Positions 10,097-20,167 of a stretch of DNA of 32,000 nt are shown here, piece by piece. The DNA comes from an uncultured archaeon (GTDB lineage Archaea; Asgardarchaeota; Thorarchaeia; Thorarchaeales; CAZPUN01). A program made the position numbers and the translations under genes. The stretch spans positions 30,001 to 62,000 of the forward strand of contig CAZPUN010000039.1 of the NCBI GenBank assembly GCA_964589775.1, read 5' to 3'. The notes below the pieces were generated by a model, which had not been told where the DNA came from, searched no databases, and saw nothing but the letters and a program-made list of their open reading frames with translations. Each line of letters begins with the position of its first letter. The stretch's first letter is position 1.

Positions 10097-13000
10097 TTAA
10101 ACCGGCTCAATATAGCCAAGTTTAATCATTTCGACTAGATCGGCAAACATTTGTGCGGGATCATCAGACTTTTTCAGAACCCAAGATATCGTGAATACAG
10201 AGGGCAGTGAGGCGGCTATTTTCTTATATTTACCTTCAATTTTTACATCCTTTCGTACATAAAATTCCTTTAATAAATAAGTATCGAGATATTTTTCTAA
10301 AAGCTTCTGAACTTCCTCAGGAGGAATCGTATCAAGGTCGCCTACAAAGTCCCTAATTGCATCAGCATATTGTTCGCCAAATGCATTTGTGAACTCTTCG
10401 AATTTATTCAATAATTCATCAATTGGAGATACATTACCTATTAATACAAATGAAACTGTGTGCCCTTCAATTTCTTTGTTAAATACGAATACTTTCATTC
10501 CCTCATAATCAATTGATTTGAGACGCATCGAAGTATCATCACGAATCTCAGAAGCTACGCTGTTAATTGCAGTAAGCAGACCGGCAATTAATGTCTCATC
10601 GGTTTTCAGACCCTCACCAAAACTATATGAAAATATGGGAACTCCGGTGTCAAGTATGATAAGCACATGCTCTTGTTGGGCCAAATTAGTAAAGTAAAAC
10701 AGTTTTTCTTCTAATTCCATTCTTTTTGCTAATCGCTTTGGTAATATGATCTTTGTATATACGGCACTTGATATAATACCAAAAATTACAGCTACCATCA
10801 ATAGAGACCCAAGTGGGGTCTGAACTACTTGTACAACACGATCGATTATAGAAGGCGCAGTAGTTACCTCTATTGAAAGTGCAGATGATCTACAAGACCA
10901 ATAATATTTATTTCCGATATATTGTGCATATACTTCTATACGGGATAAACTTTCATTAATACGAATAGCACCTTGAGTGAACCCATTCGAATTTGTTTCG
11001 GATTGCTTAATGATCGTTAAGACACTATTATCCTCTGTGTAAACTTTGAAGATAAATTGAACTAATTCGAACCTAATTGGTGCAGAATCATTTAGACGCC
11101 TCAAGGTTGCATCAACGACGAGATAACCACCTTCGACGATCGTATCAGGACCACTAATTGAAATAGATGTGGAAACCTTTTCTTTAATTACAAATACGAT
11201 AGTATTAGTTATATTTGCATAGCCATAGGCATAAAAGCTGATATTTCCATGATATATTCCAGAAGTATTTATGAACACATGTATTTGGACTGAAGACCCG
11301 ATTATGTTATAAGTGATGTCAGCATTCTCCAAACCCAAAATAACATTCAAATTGGGAATAGCATTATGAGTTTCACTATCAATTACTGTATAACTTAAAT
11401 CAATCGTTTCATTTTCAAAATCGGTAATGTAAAAACTACCTGAAATTGAATATGTTCTTGGTAGAACCGTTATAAAACAATAGACTGTCCGGCTAATAAA
11501 TTCAGGATTTGCAGCCGTAATACGAACAACATATGAATCAGGTCGTATAAGATTTGTACTTAGGAGGATAAGATATGTTCTGTTTGATAACAGTTGAATA
11601 TTGTAAACCGACCAATTAGTTTCAATTAGTCCATAAATTGGAGAATTGTTCCATTTAGAATAGAAAGTAACCCGAATTGCTAATGTATGATTCATTACGA
11701 CAGATAAATTATTATCAAAATCTAATACAGTATCAATAGCGTTAATATGAACAGATATCAGAAGGTGTTCAGACTCATAATCTATATGATACAATGTGAT
11801 CAATATTGTGTAATCTCTGTTTGAAATAAACTGTGTTGAATTGATTGTGATATTATATAAACCATTAGTATAGATAAATGATGAGGATACATTTAAAATA
11901 CAATTTGCACCCTCTATTGGACTATTATTATATAACCATCGAACGGTTATGTTAATTAAATCACCATAATCTACAATATTTGTGTATGTAATTATTTCTG
12001 ATGACCCTTTGTACAACCACATATTAAATGAAAGCGGCGAAGTTACATTATTAAATCCAGGCATGAATCCTGTTACGTTAAGATTTACAGTCATATTCTT
12101 AGTTACATGAAATACAAATGAAACCAGATATGTTCCGTTATTATAGTCCGTAACATTACAAGAATAAATCGAAGAATTGTTGTAGATATCAAAATTAAAT
12201 CCGGAAACAAAACTGCTATTGTATGTATTTGTAACATTTATTCTTAAATAAATCGTATCACCCGACATTATTTGCCCTTGATTCTGCAATACTACATCTA
12301 ACGACGCATTTAATGGAATTACATTGATGAATTGTTGTTCGATTTGTGAAGCAAACCCGTATTTATGTGAATATATAGTAAGATTATATCTACCAAATCC
12401 ACGAATCATTATATTAACAGTATAGCTTCCATTATTATGATCGACAAAGCTTCCAACTACACTGCCATTTACATATGCAGTAATTATAAAACCGGAAACA
12501 TATGTCGAGTTAAGTAGATTAGTCATATTAAGATATATTTTGAAGGGTGTATCACCTAAATAACTATCAGGATATTTGGATTCGATCCCTGTTGGAATAT
12601 TAACCACATTGTAAGTAATTGAATCCACTTGTGATTTGAAACCATATCGCCATGCAGAAACTGTAAATGCACTATACATAACAGAAGTACCATTTAATTG
12701 AATTGTATAATTTCCAGTTGTTTCATTAAATCGAAGTGGATATACTGAACCGCCCAATGTAATATTAACTGTAGCGTCTGCAATAACGGTACCGTTTTCA
12801 GCCATGTATCGGTATTCAAAAACCGCATGCTCAGTATAATAAATGGTTATACTAGGAGGGTTATATTGTTTAGTAGTATTGGCATCAATAATTAATACAT
12901 GAGCAATCGTACTTCGTGATTCAAAGTATGTTCCAGTTCCATTTATGGCAATCGAAATATTACCAAGATCGTATTGCCAACCATAAACAGTAGCAACCCA

Positions 13001-15019
13001 CAATTTACTTGATGCATTATATAGCAAATTGACCCAACTACCAGTTATATTCGCCTGTACTTGACCGCCATTTGTATTTGTAATTGCAGAACCATTATAC
13101 ATAGTATAATTAACTTTCAATAAAGTTGTCTCGGAATATGCCAAAGATGAAACAATTTGATAATCAATATGCGTCCTATAATAGACATTAATATAAAATG
13201 ACTTTGTTCTGTTTTCATATCCAAATCCATTAGCATATATTGTTATTAAATGATGACCGATATCAAGTGAGATATTGGCAATCCATTTAGTTCCAGAATA
13301 TGACATTGGATTATGTGCTCCAAGATCTATAGAATATTCTAGAGCTGCTTCAGAATCATTAATATCTTGATTTGCAAACGTATCCATAAATGTAGCATTG
13401 ATATAAAGCCATTTAACATCAGGATAATAAATAGTAAGATTATTATCTGTTGTAAGACTTGTTGGATGATATACGAAAATTTTAGACTCTTGAAATCCTG
13501 CGCGGTCACCATCAGTCCAGTTCGCATGAATCTCATAATATCCATATAGACTCGTATTCTGATCTATGTCCCAATTAAATTCCGCAATCCCAGTAAAATC
13601 GGGTATAGCTGTAGCATTATAATATAATATAGAATCTTTTGTAATAGACAGCCAAACAGTTCCAACACTAATTCCAGATGTACTATCATTTACATAGACA
13701 TCTATAGTCAAAACATTTTCAATTGAAATTGATTCTGTAAGTTCTGCACCATCAAAAGTTCGAATCTGCGAAACATAATCGGGGGCAGTTGCTACTAAAA
13801 CCCACGTTGTATTTCCCACATTTGTTACATTAACCCGATTTGGACTTGATAATAATATATAATTTGTATAATTCTCATTTGTAGATTGGTTATACAAACC
13901 AGTAACTACCCATGAAGAAGGATACTCCATTATGATGAATGAATCATGTGAATTAGCGGGAATTGCACTTGTAAAAGTCATATTCCACGTGACTTGACTG
14001 TTATTTAGATACCATGTATGCGATTCTGATATTGATTTCGTGTAATACAAAGTGACATTCATATCAAAAACAACAGAAGAATTTGTATTAAATCTAAACA
14101 CATTAGTTGATGGATTGTCTATTACCGTTTTGTGAGTTGCATTAAGTCCATTTATCTGCATGGATACTGAAGCAGGATTATCAAAGACAATTGGAAGATT
14201 TGTCGTATCATTCCAATATATAAATGATACATTTATCTTGGGCTCATATATAATCGGGGGATACCATGAATTACCATTTCGATAATGTTTTTGTGCAACT
14301 TGATTTGTGTTTTGACCCAAATTTACCGCATACCACAAAATATTTGGAAAATATCCACTGACATCATTAAGTTTAGTACCATTATATGCAAAATAGTAAT
14401 CGGATCCCTTAGATAGAATTAATCCCTCAAATCCGTAATTTACCCAAATTCCACCAGCAGTAGTATTTTCAGAAATAGGTTCATAATTAGTTATATTATC
14501 TGAAAAGTCCCCAGTCGAATTTAATATAGCATAATAACAAACACCATAGTTAGAAGTCGAATATGTTGCAAGAAATTGATTGATAGACACACTGACTAAA
14601 TTCCAATCATATGCCCATGGCGTAATATTGCTTCTTAATCCATCATATATATCTCCTGCATCTGTCTCTTCAATCTTAAATCCTAAATATTCGGTTCCTG
14701 TTTGATTTGATGCCCAATATTCATAGCTTGCATTCATATCATTAATAGAGAAAACTATTTTTGATAATGTCCAGCCAGATTTTTCCTCAGCAATATAAGT
14801 AGATTCATGTGTGCTATTAGTATAAGAATTTTCAATATTCATTCGTACAGTCTTTTGAACTGTAAATGTAAGATTTCCAGAGTAATCCGATGCAATATTC
14901 ATATTTTGCGTAGTAAAATTCGGACTACTTGCAGATATATTACCCAATTGCGATGTAGGACTTTGCACAGATATCAACATCATGAATGCGAACATTATTC
15001 CAAACAATGCTTTTTTCAT
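10097..15019 (-). CDS. Giant single-pass surface glycoprotein (Ig-like beta repeats) with cytoplasmic longin-like and possible winged-helix domains
   Basis: Signal peptide, about 1400 aa rich in N/T/S/Y with many NxS/T sequons, and a TM (LLMVAVIFGIISSAVY). The cytoplasmic HVLIILDTGVPIFSYSF...DETLIAGLLTAINSVASEI pattern is longin-like. Confidence 0.82.
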   Translation of the reverse strand: MKKALFGIMFAFMMLISVQSPTSQLGNISASSPNFTTQNMNIASDYSGNLTFTVQKTVRMNIENSYTNSTHESTYIAEEKSGWTLSKIVFSINDMNASYEYWASNQTGTEYLGFKIEETDAGDIYDGLRSNITPWAYDWNLVSVSINQFLATYSTSNYGVCYYAILNSTGDFSDNITNYEPISENTTAGGIWVNYGFEGLILSKGSDYYFAYNGTKLNDVSGYFPNILWYAVNLGQNTNQVAQKHYRNGNSWYPPIIYEPKINVSFIYWNDTTNLPIVFDNPASVSMQINGLNATHKTVIDNPSTNVFRFNTNSSVVFDMNVTLYYTKSISESHTWYLNNSQVTWNMTFTSAIPANSHDSFIIMEYPSSWVVTGLYNQSTNENYTNYILLSSPNRVNVTNVGNTTWVLVATAPDYVSQIRTFDGAELTESISIENVLTIDVYVNDSTSGISVGTVWLSITKDSILYYNATAIPDFTGIAEFNWDIDQNTSLYGYYEIHANWTDGDRAGFQESKIFVYHPTSLTTDNNLTIYYPDVKWLYINATFMDTFANQDINDSEAALEYSIDLGAHNPMSYSGTKWIANISLDIGHHLITIYANGFGYENRTKSFYINVYYRTHIDYQIVSSLAYSETTLLKVNYTMYNGSAITNTNGGQVQANITGSWVNLLYNASSKLWVATVYGWQYDLGNISIAINGTGTYFESRSTIAHVLIIDANTTKQYNPPSITIYYTEHAVFEYRYMAENGTVIADATVNITLGGSVYPLRFNETTGNYTIQLNGTSVMYSAFTVSAWRYGFKSQVDSITYNVVNIPTGIESKYPDSYLGDTPFKIYLNMTNLLNSTYVSGFIITAYVNGSVVGSFVDHNNGSYTVNIMIRGFGRYNLTIYSHKYGFASQIEQQFINVIPLNASLDVVLQNQGQIMSGDTIYLRINVTNTYNSSFVSGFNFDIYNNSSIYSCNVTDYNNGTYLVSFVFHVTKNMTVNLNVTGFMPGFNNVTSPLSFNMWLYKGSSEIITYTNIVDYGDLINITVRWLYNNSPIEGANCILNVSSSFIYTNGLYNITINSTQFISNRDYTILITLYHIDYESEHLLISVHINAIDTVLDFDNNLSVVMNHTLAIRVTFYSKWNNSPIYGLIETNWSVYNIQLLSNRTYLILLSTNLIRPDSYVVRITAANPEFISRTVYCFITVLPRTYSISGSFYITDFENETIDLSYTVIDSETHNAIPNLNVILGLENADITYNIIGSSVQIHVFINTSGIYHGNISFYAYGYANITNTIVFVIKEKVSTSISISGPDTIVEGGYLVVDATLRRLNDSAPIRFELVQFIFKVYTEDNSVLTIIKQSETNSNGFTQGAIRINESLSRIEVYAQYIGNKYYWSCRSSALSIEVTTAPSIIDRVVQVVQTPLGSLLMVAVIFGIISSAVYTKIILPKRLAKRMELEEKLFYFTNLAQQEHVLIILDTGVPIFSYSFGEGLKTDETLIAGLLTAINSVASEIRDDTSMRLKSIDYEGMKVFVFNKEIEGHTVSFVLIGNVSPIDELLNKFEEFTNAFGEQYADAIRDFVGDLDTIPPEEVQKLLEKYLDTYLLKEFYVRKDVKIEGKYKKIAASLPSVFTISWVLKKSDDPAQMFADLVEMIKLGYIEPV

Positions 15020-15147
15020 TTACACCACTTCTGGCTGACACTGATTAATATTATTGATTTGAATTATAGTTATTAAATCTTATTGGCGTAGATTCTGTTT
15101 TTGTAATGATAAATAAGAATTTTTATTAAAAAAGAAAAAAAATCCAA

Positions 15148-15510
15148 TTAATCCAAAGGAGCGCCATTTGGGTTATTCAATAGCTCGCGTAAGTCACTTC
15201 GAATTTCCTCAAGAATTTCCTCAATTATGCCCTTTCGAAAAATCAGGACGAGTCCTTTCTGCTTCAACCGAGGGATTCCGCGTTTTCCGACCAGTTGCGA
15301 AACTGTGACGTGAACGTCTTTAATGACTTCATATACATCATATGTTTTGCCGCGTTGTAGGGTTTTCTCATACGGGTTTTTTCTTCGCTCGACTAATTTG
15401 AACTCATTGCCGTCAAATTCGTAAATATCAAAATAAGCCGCTCTACCGAGCATTCCACGAGATATTGTTTTGTGATCATTAGTAGCAACTGCGATTCTGA
15501 GAATGTTCAT
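15148..15510 (-). CDS. NifB/NifX (FeMo-cofactor-binding domain) family protein
   Basis: RIAVAT...GRAAYFDIYE...VERRKNP...VGKRG pattern. ATG at 15510 preferred as start. Confidence 0.8.
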   Translation of the reverse strand: MNILRIAVATNDHKTISRGMLGRAAYFDIYEFDGNEFKLVERRKNPYEKTLQRGKTYDVYEVIKDVHVTVSQLVGKRGIPRLKQKGLVLIFRKGIIEEILEEIRSDLRELLNNPNGAPLD

Positions 15511-15578
15511 TTTGATCAAATAAATATCTTACAAATTTTAAGTTAAATCTTTGGAAGGAAGAAAAGAGGAGTGGAAAT

Positions 15579-17183
15579 CTAATAAAAAGTATCGATAATC
15601 CACGCCATTGCTTTGATGACATCAAATGCTTCGCGAACATTATTTGTTTTTCGCATCACAGAAACTTCAATAACAAAGTTTTCATTCTTGACGGTTACAT
15701 AGATTGAAAACGGTCCTTGTACATCTGCTAAAGCGTATCCAAGTTCAATATTAGATTCTAATGCTTTTTTAAATTCTTTATTATTTGAACTGATTCTCAG
15801 GCTCTCTAATATTTTGTCTGCGGTGATGATATCATTGTCTTTCGCAGTGACTCTACCGACAATACTTGCTGTGAAACTAACACCAGTGGATCTTGTTCCC
15901 TCGACTTTAAAGTGGTACTCATCTTGAAGAATATCAATGACGATAGATTTTATGTTTCCAAATGAAGGCGTAAGGATTACGCGGTCGAATTTATTTTCGC
16001 TTGGCAGGTATTTTAAAATTCCATAGTAACGTAGAGGTTCAAATTCTTCGTGTAATTCACGATATTCATCACTGATTTCTGTTGGCTCGGAAATTTCAGA
16101 GGATTGCATCTGAGATGGATCTTCAGCCTCAAAAGACGTTTGATAATTAAATTTCGTTTCAAACAATGAGTCAGCATATGAAGAAGTTGAGGAGGCAGCC
16201 ACTTGTGATATATCGCTTGATGCTTGTGGAGTAGTAGCAGGCGTTTTAGAAGGCATTGATGATGCCTGAGTTTCTGCAGGAACTTCAGGGGGTAATGTAG
16301 ACTCTGAAAAATCAAAATTGCTAGACGCCATAATTTCTTGGAGTTTATTATCGTAACTATCGCGTGGCATTATCATTAAGATTTCATATGTATGTTCAAT
16401 GTCAAATTTCAATGGAATATCAACCACAAATTTAAGATACCATCTCAGTTTTAAAATTCTATGATTTATTGAAAATGGAACTGCTTTCGGAATTGTTATT
16501 ATAGTCTTATTCCATCCAAAAGGATCTATTTCGTCCTTTTTAACCTTAAAGATGAATTTTTTGTAATCTATAGTTCTACTGCGTCCTCTCGCATAAGCTG
16601 TTTCTTTTACAATAACTTCAATTCGCACTCCACGATATTTTTTAATATTATGAAGCATAAAGGCAATAGGAATTTGAGCCCCCGGATAAAAGTCAACAGT
16701 TGGCAATACGAGTTCTACATAAGGTTTTGAAGTATCATTAACATTTGGAAATGAAAACTTAAAAAGATCAATTTTAGGTATTGCAGGCGGCGGAAGAACA
16801 AAGAATCTTCGTGAAAAAACCTTATCGAACCAGAATGGAATTACAATTCGTGCAGTCAGCTTGTATTGTACATTTGAATGATATCCATCGTAAAAAGGTA
16901 TTGCATTATTTGGTAATTTAAATGTAAATTCATATACTCGCTGCTGTGATAGGATGCCCTTGGTATCAAATACTATTTTGTCATGAATTATTGTTTCCTT
17001 TTCAGAATATACATGTTTGTGCTTTCCGCGATTAATAGAAAATCTATTGCTAATAAGACCATCAATTTCAATATGTAACTCATCAAATTTAATTTTTTTA
17101 TTGGGATTAAAAATAACTTTCCCCGAAATTACATCACCAGGATAAAAAACCTTTCTATCTAAAATAATCTCAACCTCAGTCAT
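15579..17183 (-). CDS. Arrestin-fold protein (tandem arrestin N/C, SpoOM/Vps26-like) with S/P/T/E-rich linker and C-terminal alpha/beta domain
   Basis: FYPGDVISGKV start, YEFTFKLPNNAIPFYDG..VQYKLTARI, second lobe FYPGAQI...IPKAVPFS...LRWYLKFVVDIP. RBS GAGGT. Confidence 0.8.
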   Translation of the reverse strand: MTEVEIILDRKVFYPGDVISGKVIFNPNKKIKFDELHIEIDGLISNRFSINRGKHKHVYSEKETIIHDKIVFDTKGILSQQRVYEFTFKLPNNAIPFYDGYHSNVQYKLTARIVIPFWFDKVFSRRFFVLPPPAIPKIDLFKFSFPNVNDTSKPYVELVLPTVDFYPGAQIPIAFMLHNIKKYRGVRIEVIVKETAYARGRSRTIDYKKFIFKVKKDEIDPFGWNKTIITIPKAVPFSINHRILKLRWYLKFVVDIPLKFDIEHTYEILMIMPRDSYDNKLQEIMASSNFDFSESTLPPEVPAETQASSMPSKTPATTPQASSDISQVAASSTSSYADSLFETKFNYQTSFEAEDPSQMQSSEISEPTEISDEYRELHEEFEPLRYYGILKYLPSENKFDRVILTPSFGNIKSIVIDILQDEYHFKVEGTRSTGVSFTASIVGRVTAKDNDIITADKILESLRISSNNKEFKKALESNIELGYALADVQGPFSIYVTVKNENFVIEVSVMRKTNNVREAFDVIKAMAWIIDTFY

Positions 17184-17459
17184 AGCACGTAAAACCTCAT
17201 ATTATAATAAAAAAGAATGCATTTAAAATTTATTATTTTAGAGCCCATTTTCTCTTTATAACGCATAAAAAATAATTTGTTCTAAAAAAGATTCTGTAAT
17301 TAAAGTGATTTTCATTATAAACGCTTTTAAAAAATCATACTGTTTTTTGCATTTTTATTGTCATGTAGAAGCATTAAAGCAAAGAAAAATAATAGATTTT
17401 ACTTTCAATTAAAAGGAAAGACATACGAATAGGAAATAAAAAATAGGAAAATTAGAAGA

Positions 17460-18872
17460 TTATTCTTCTAAGAAGACCTTGTATATTTCATAAACAGCAT
17501 ACAAGTCTGCCTTACTTGAAATTTCGTATGGTGAATGCATACCAAGTAGAGCAGGACCGCAATCAATAACATCCATGCCATGTTCTGCAAGGAATTTTGC
17601 TACGGTACCACCGCCACCTTGATCTACTTTTCCAAGTTCGCCTACTTGCCATGGAATATTATGCTTGTTCAAGAGAAGTCGAACTTCAGCAACAAATTCG
17701 GCATTTGCATCGTTTGCGCCTGCTTTACCAGCAACACCGGTGTATTTGATCAGTACGCCTCCACGACCAATTACAGGAGTGTCCTGCTTGTCGAATGGCT
17801 GTGGAAATACGGGATTGAATCCAGCACATACATCAGCAGAAAGGGCTTTTGCATTTGTGAGAGCCAGACGAACATCGCGTTCGTTGTAATCCTTGTTCTG
17901 TAATGCTAACAGGTCGCCAATAATGTTTCGGATAAACATGGATTTCATGCCAGTGTTACCTTCACTGCCGATTTCTTCTTTATCAACCAATAGAGCAATG
18001 GCAGTATACTTGGGAGTGCCAATGGCAAAAGCAGCACGTCCTGCCGTGAATCCACAGATCCGGTCGTCCTGACCATATCCAGCTATGAGACCGCGGTCAA
18101 ATCCAATATCTTTAGGCTTGAATGCAGGTACAATTTCAAGTTCAGCACTTGCGAAGTCTTCTTCCACCATACCATATTTTTCATTAAGATATTTGAGGAC
18201 TGCAGTCTTGAATTTTGCTTTTACATCTTTATCATCAATTGGAATATGACCAACTATAAGGCGTAGTTCTTCTCCGGCAATTCCTTCTGGAAGCTTGCGG
18301 TCATTCTGAACTTTTCGAGACAAGTGTGGTAATAGATCAGTCATCACAAAGACGGGATCATCATCTTCTTCGCCGATTCTGATTTTGATTTTCTTTCCAT
18401 CTTTAGTAATGACAACACCATGTAGAGCTAGAGGTATATTGACCCACTGATATTTCTTAATTCCACCATAGTAATGAGTCTTAAGAAGTGCAAGATCTCC
18501 ATCTTCATAAAGTGGATTCGGCTTAAGGTCTACGCGAGGAGCGTCTACATGAGCTGCAACGATCTTAACCCCTTCAACAAGTGGCTTTTCACCAATTACG
18601 ATCAAAGCAATATTTTTGCCGCGATTAACAATGTAGATTTTTTCACCGGGTTTATAGGTAGCTTTTTCAATCGGCTTAAAGCCTTGCTTCTCAGCTTCTG
18701 CAATAAAGAATTCGACAGCCTCGCGTTCGGTCTTTGCTTCTTTCAAGAATTTCTTGTAATCTTCAGCAAAATCAAAGACAGCCTTCTTCTTGTTTTCGTC
18801 CATTTTGAGCCAGTAAGACTCAGTAGTCCAAGAAAGCTGCTTTTCAATAGTTTGTTTTTTCTCTTCGGGCAT
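17460..18872 (-). CDS. M18-family aminopeptidase (aminopeptidase 1/ApeA-like)
   Basis: AHVDAPRVDLK, HYYGGIKKYQW, GQDDR, DKEEIGS, SADV, MHSPYE. RBS GGAGG. Confidence 0.95.
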   Translation of the reverse strand: MPEEKKQTIEKQLSWTTESYWLKMDENKKKAVFDFAEDYKKFLKEAKTEREAVEFFIAEAEKQGFKPIEKATYKPGEKIYIVNRGKNIALIVIGEKPLVEGVKIVAAHVDAPRVDLKPNPLYEDGDLALLKTHYYGGIKKYQWVNIPLALHGVVITKDGKKIKIRIGEEDDDPVFVMTDLLPHLSRKVQNDRKLPEGIAGEELRLIVGHIPIDDKDVKAKFKTAVLKYLNEKYGMVEEDFASAELEIVPAFKPKDIGFDRGLIAGYGQDDRICGFTAGRAAFAIGTPKYTAIALLVDKEEIGSEGNTGMKSMFIRNIIGDLLALQNKDYNERDVRLALTNAKALSADVCAGFNPVFPQPFDKQDTPVIGRGGVLIKYTGVAGKAGANDANAEFVAEVRLLLNKHNIPWQVGELGKVDQGGGGTVAKFLAEHGMDVIDCGPALLGMHSPYEISSKADLYAVYEIYKVFLEE

Positions 18873-18952
18873 ATTAAGGCCTCCCTTAATTTAGTTGGAC
18901 CGAGTATAAAAAGAACATAGATGATAATAAAGTTAATGGAATGATTAAAAAA

Positions 18953-19966
18953 TCACTCATCATAGATTTTGAAAGCATCGACGTTGGGCTTCTTCCAGCC
19001 ACTCATATCTGGACGTAGCTTAATTCCCGCTTTGAATGCAGCCATCTGAAGAGCAATCATATGCCAAATACTTTCTACTGCAGGATGTATATGAAAATCA
19101 TAAGGTATAGGTCCTAGCACATGCAAATCAATATTCAAAACTTTTCGGAGACCGTCCATAGTATTAGAAAGCCAATCTTTGCGTTCTTCGACTCGTTGAT
19201 ATCGAACACCAATAGCAAGATTATTTGGAGCCATAATTAATTTCGCATGATGCATCATTTCATCTGAATGTAAGGCAAATCCACGACATACTGAAAACTC
19301 ATGGAGCTTCATTGAACCCAATTGCGCAACTAAATACCCATAGCTCTCGCCGATCAAATAAACAAATTTTCGCTTAGTCAGTTCTTCAGAAAGATTATCG
19401 CTCCACTCATTTATCCATTCCATAATGGATTCCCAGTGCTTTATCGTTCTTAGTAGATGCTCTTTAAATTCAATTGAACTTATCGAGTCCACAATACCCA
19501 GCAGATATGCCACTGCAGTAGTAGTCGTACAGCTCGGAGAGATATCATAATTATTCAAATTACATTGAGTCAGCCATATCTCATCAGCCATATCAGCAAT
19601 CATAGAGTTTGGGTTGTCTGTTAATAGAACTGTATATGCACCATTTACCTGAGCAGTCTCGATTAATTTACGAACTTGAGATGTACGCCCGGATGCCGAA
19701 ACGCCAATTACAAGTGTATCATCATCATAATTTAAGCGATTAAAGTCTGAAACTTCAAATCCATGAGCAAATATATCCTGCTCCAAAAATAAATATTCAC
19801 CAAACTTTGCTACAACATAAGAATCTCCAGCACCTGCAAGATACACACGACTAAATTCAGTAAGTGTATCTGCGGCTTTTTCAAAATTGTTTTCACTTAG
19901 GGTTTGTCTAATTTTGAATGGCTGACTTAAAATAGATTCCCGGTTATGAGTTATGAAATCAGTCAT
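18953..19966 (-). CDS. Double SIS-domain sugar-phosphate isomerase/deaminase (GlmS/FrlB-like)
   Basis: ESILSQP, GAGDSY, GVSASGRT, and MKLHE...HSDEMMH in the second SIS domain. Confidence 0.88.
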   Translation of the reverse strand: MTDFITHNRESILSQPFKIRQTLSENNFEKAADTLTEFSRVYLAGAGDSYVVAKFGEYLFLEQDIFAHGFEVSDFNRLNYDDDTLVIGVSASGRTSQVRKLIETAQVNGAYTVLLTDNPNSMIADMADEIWLTQCNLNNYDISPSCTTTTAVAYLLGIVDSISSIEFKEHLLRTIKHWESIMEWINEWSDNLSEELTKRKFVYLIGESYGYLVAQLGSMKLHEFSVCRGFALHSDEMMHHAKLIMAPNNLAIGVRYQRVEERKDWLSNTMDGLRKVLNIDLHVLGPIPYDFHIHPAVESIWHMIALQMAAFKAGIKLRPDMSGWKKPNVDAFKIYDE

Positions 19967-20114
19967 TTTTAATCTCTCCGAGACTTTTTTTTCATAAAAA
20001 AAATTTGTTTTTTATACATTTAACTCTATCTGAGAGACCAATACAGATAATAAAAATGAAATGACAATCACATAAATGTTTCAATATACCGAACATAATA
20101 TAATAAAAAATTTT

Positions 20115-20154
20115 GGCGATTCATCACCGCTTTCTAAAGCGATGATTTCTCGCA
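20115..20154 (-). repeat. Palindromic repeat copy 1 (IS200/IS605 left-end-like hairpin)
   Basis: GGCGATTCATCACCGCTTTCTAAAGCGATGATTTCTCGCA. Near-identical to copies at 22159-22200 and 31703-31744; lies 14 bp past the stop of the minus-strand gene at 20168. Confidence 0.85.
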
Positions 20155-20167
20155 TCTCATTTATAAA

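Noticed and set aside
15148-15510. Nitrogen fixation implied by the NifX-like gene
   Set aside because: Standalone NifB/NifX-domain proteins are common in non-diazotrophic archaea, and there are no nif genes in the window.
15820-15830. GCGGTGATGA match to the palindromic repeat
   Set aside because: It lies inside a CDS with no second hairpin arm; chance match.
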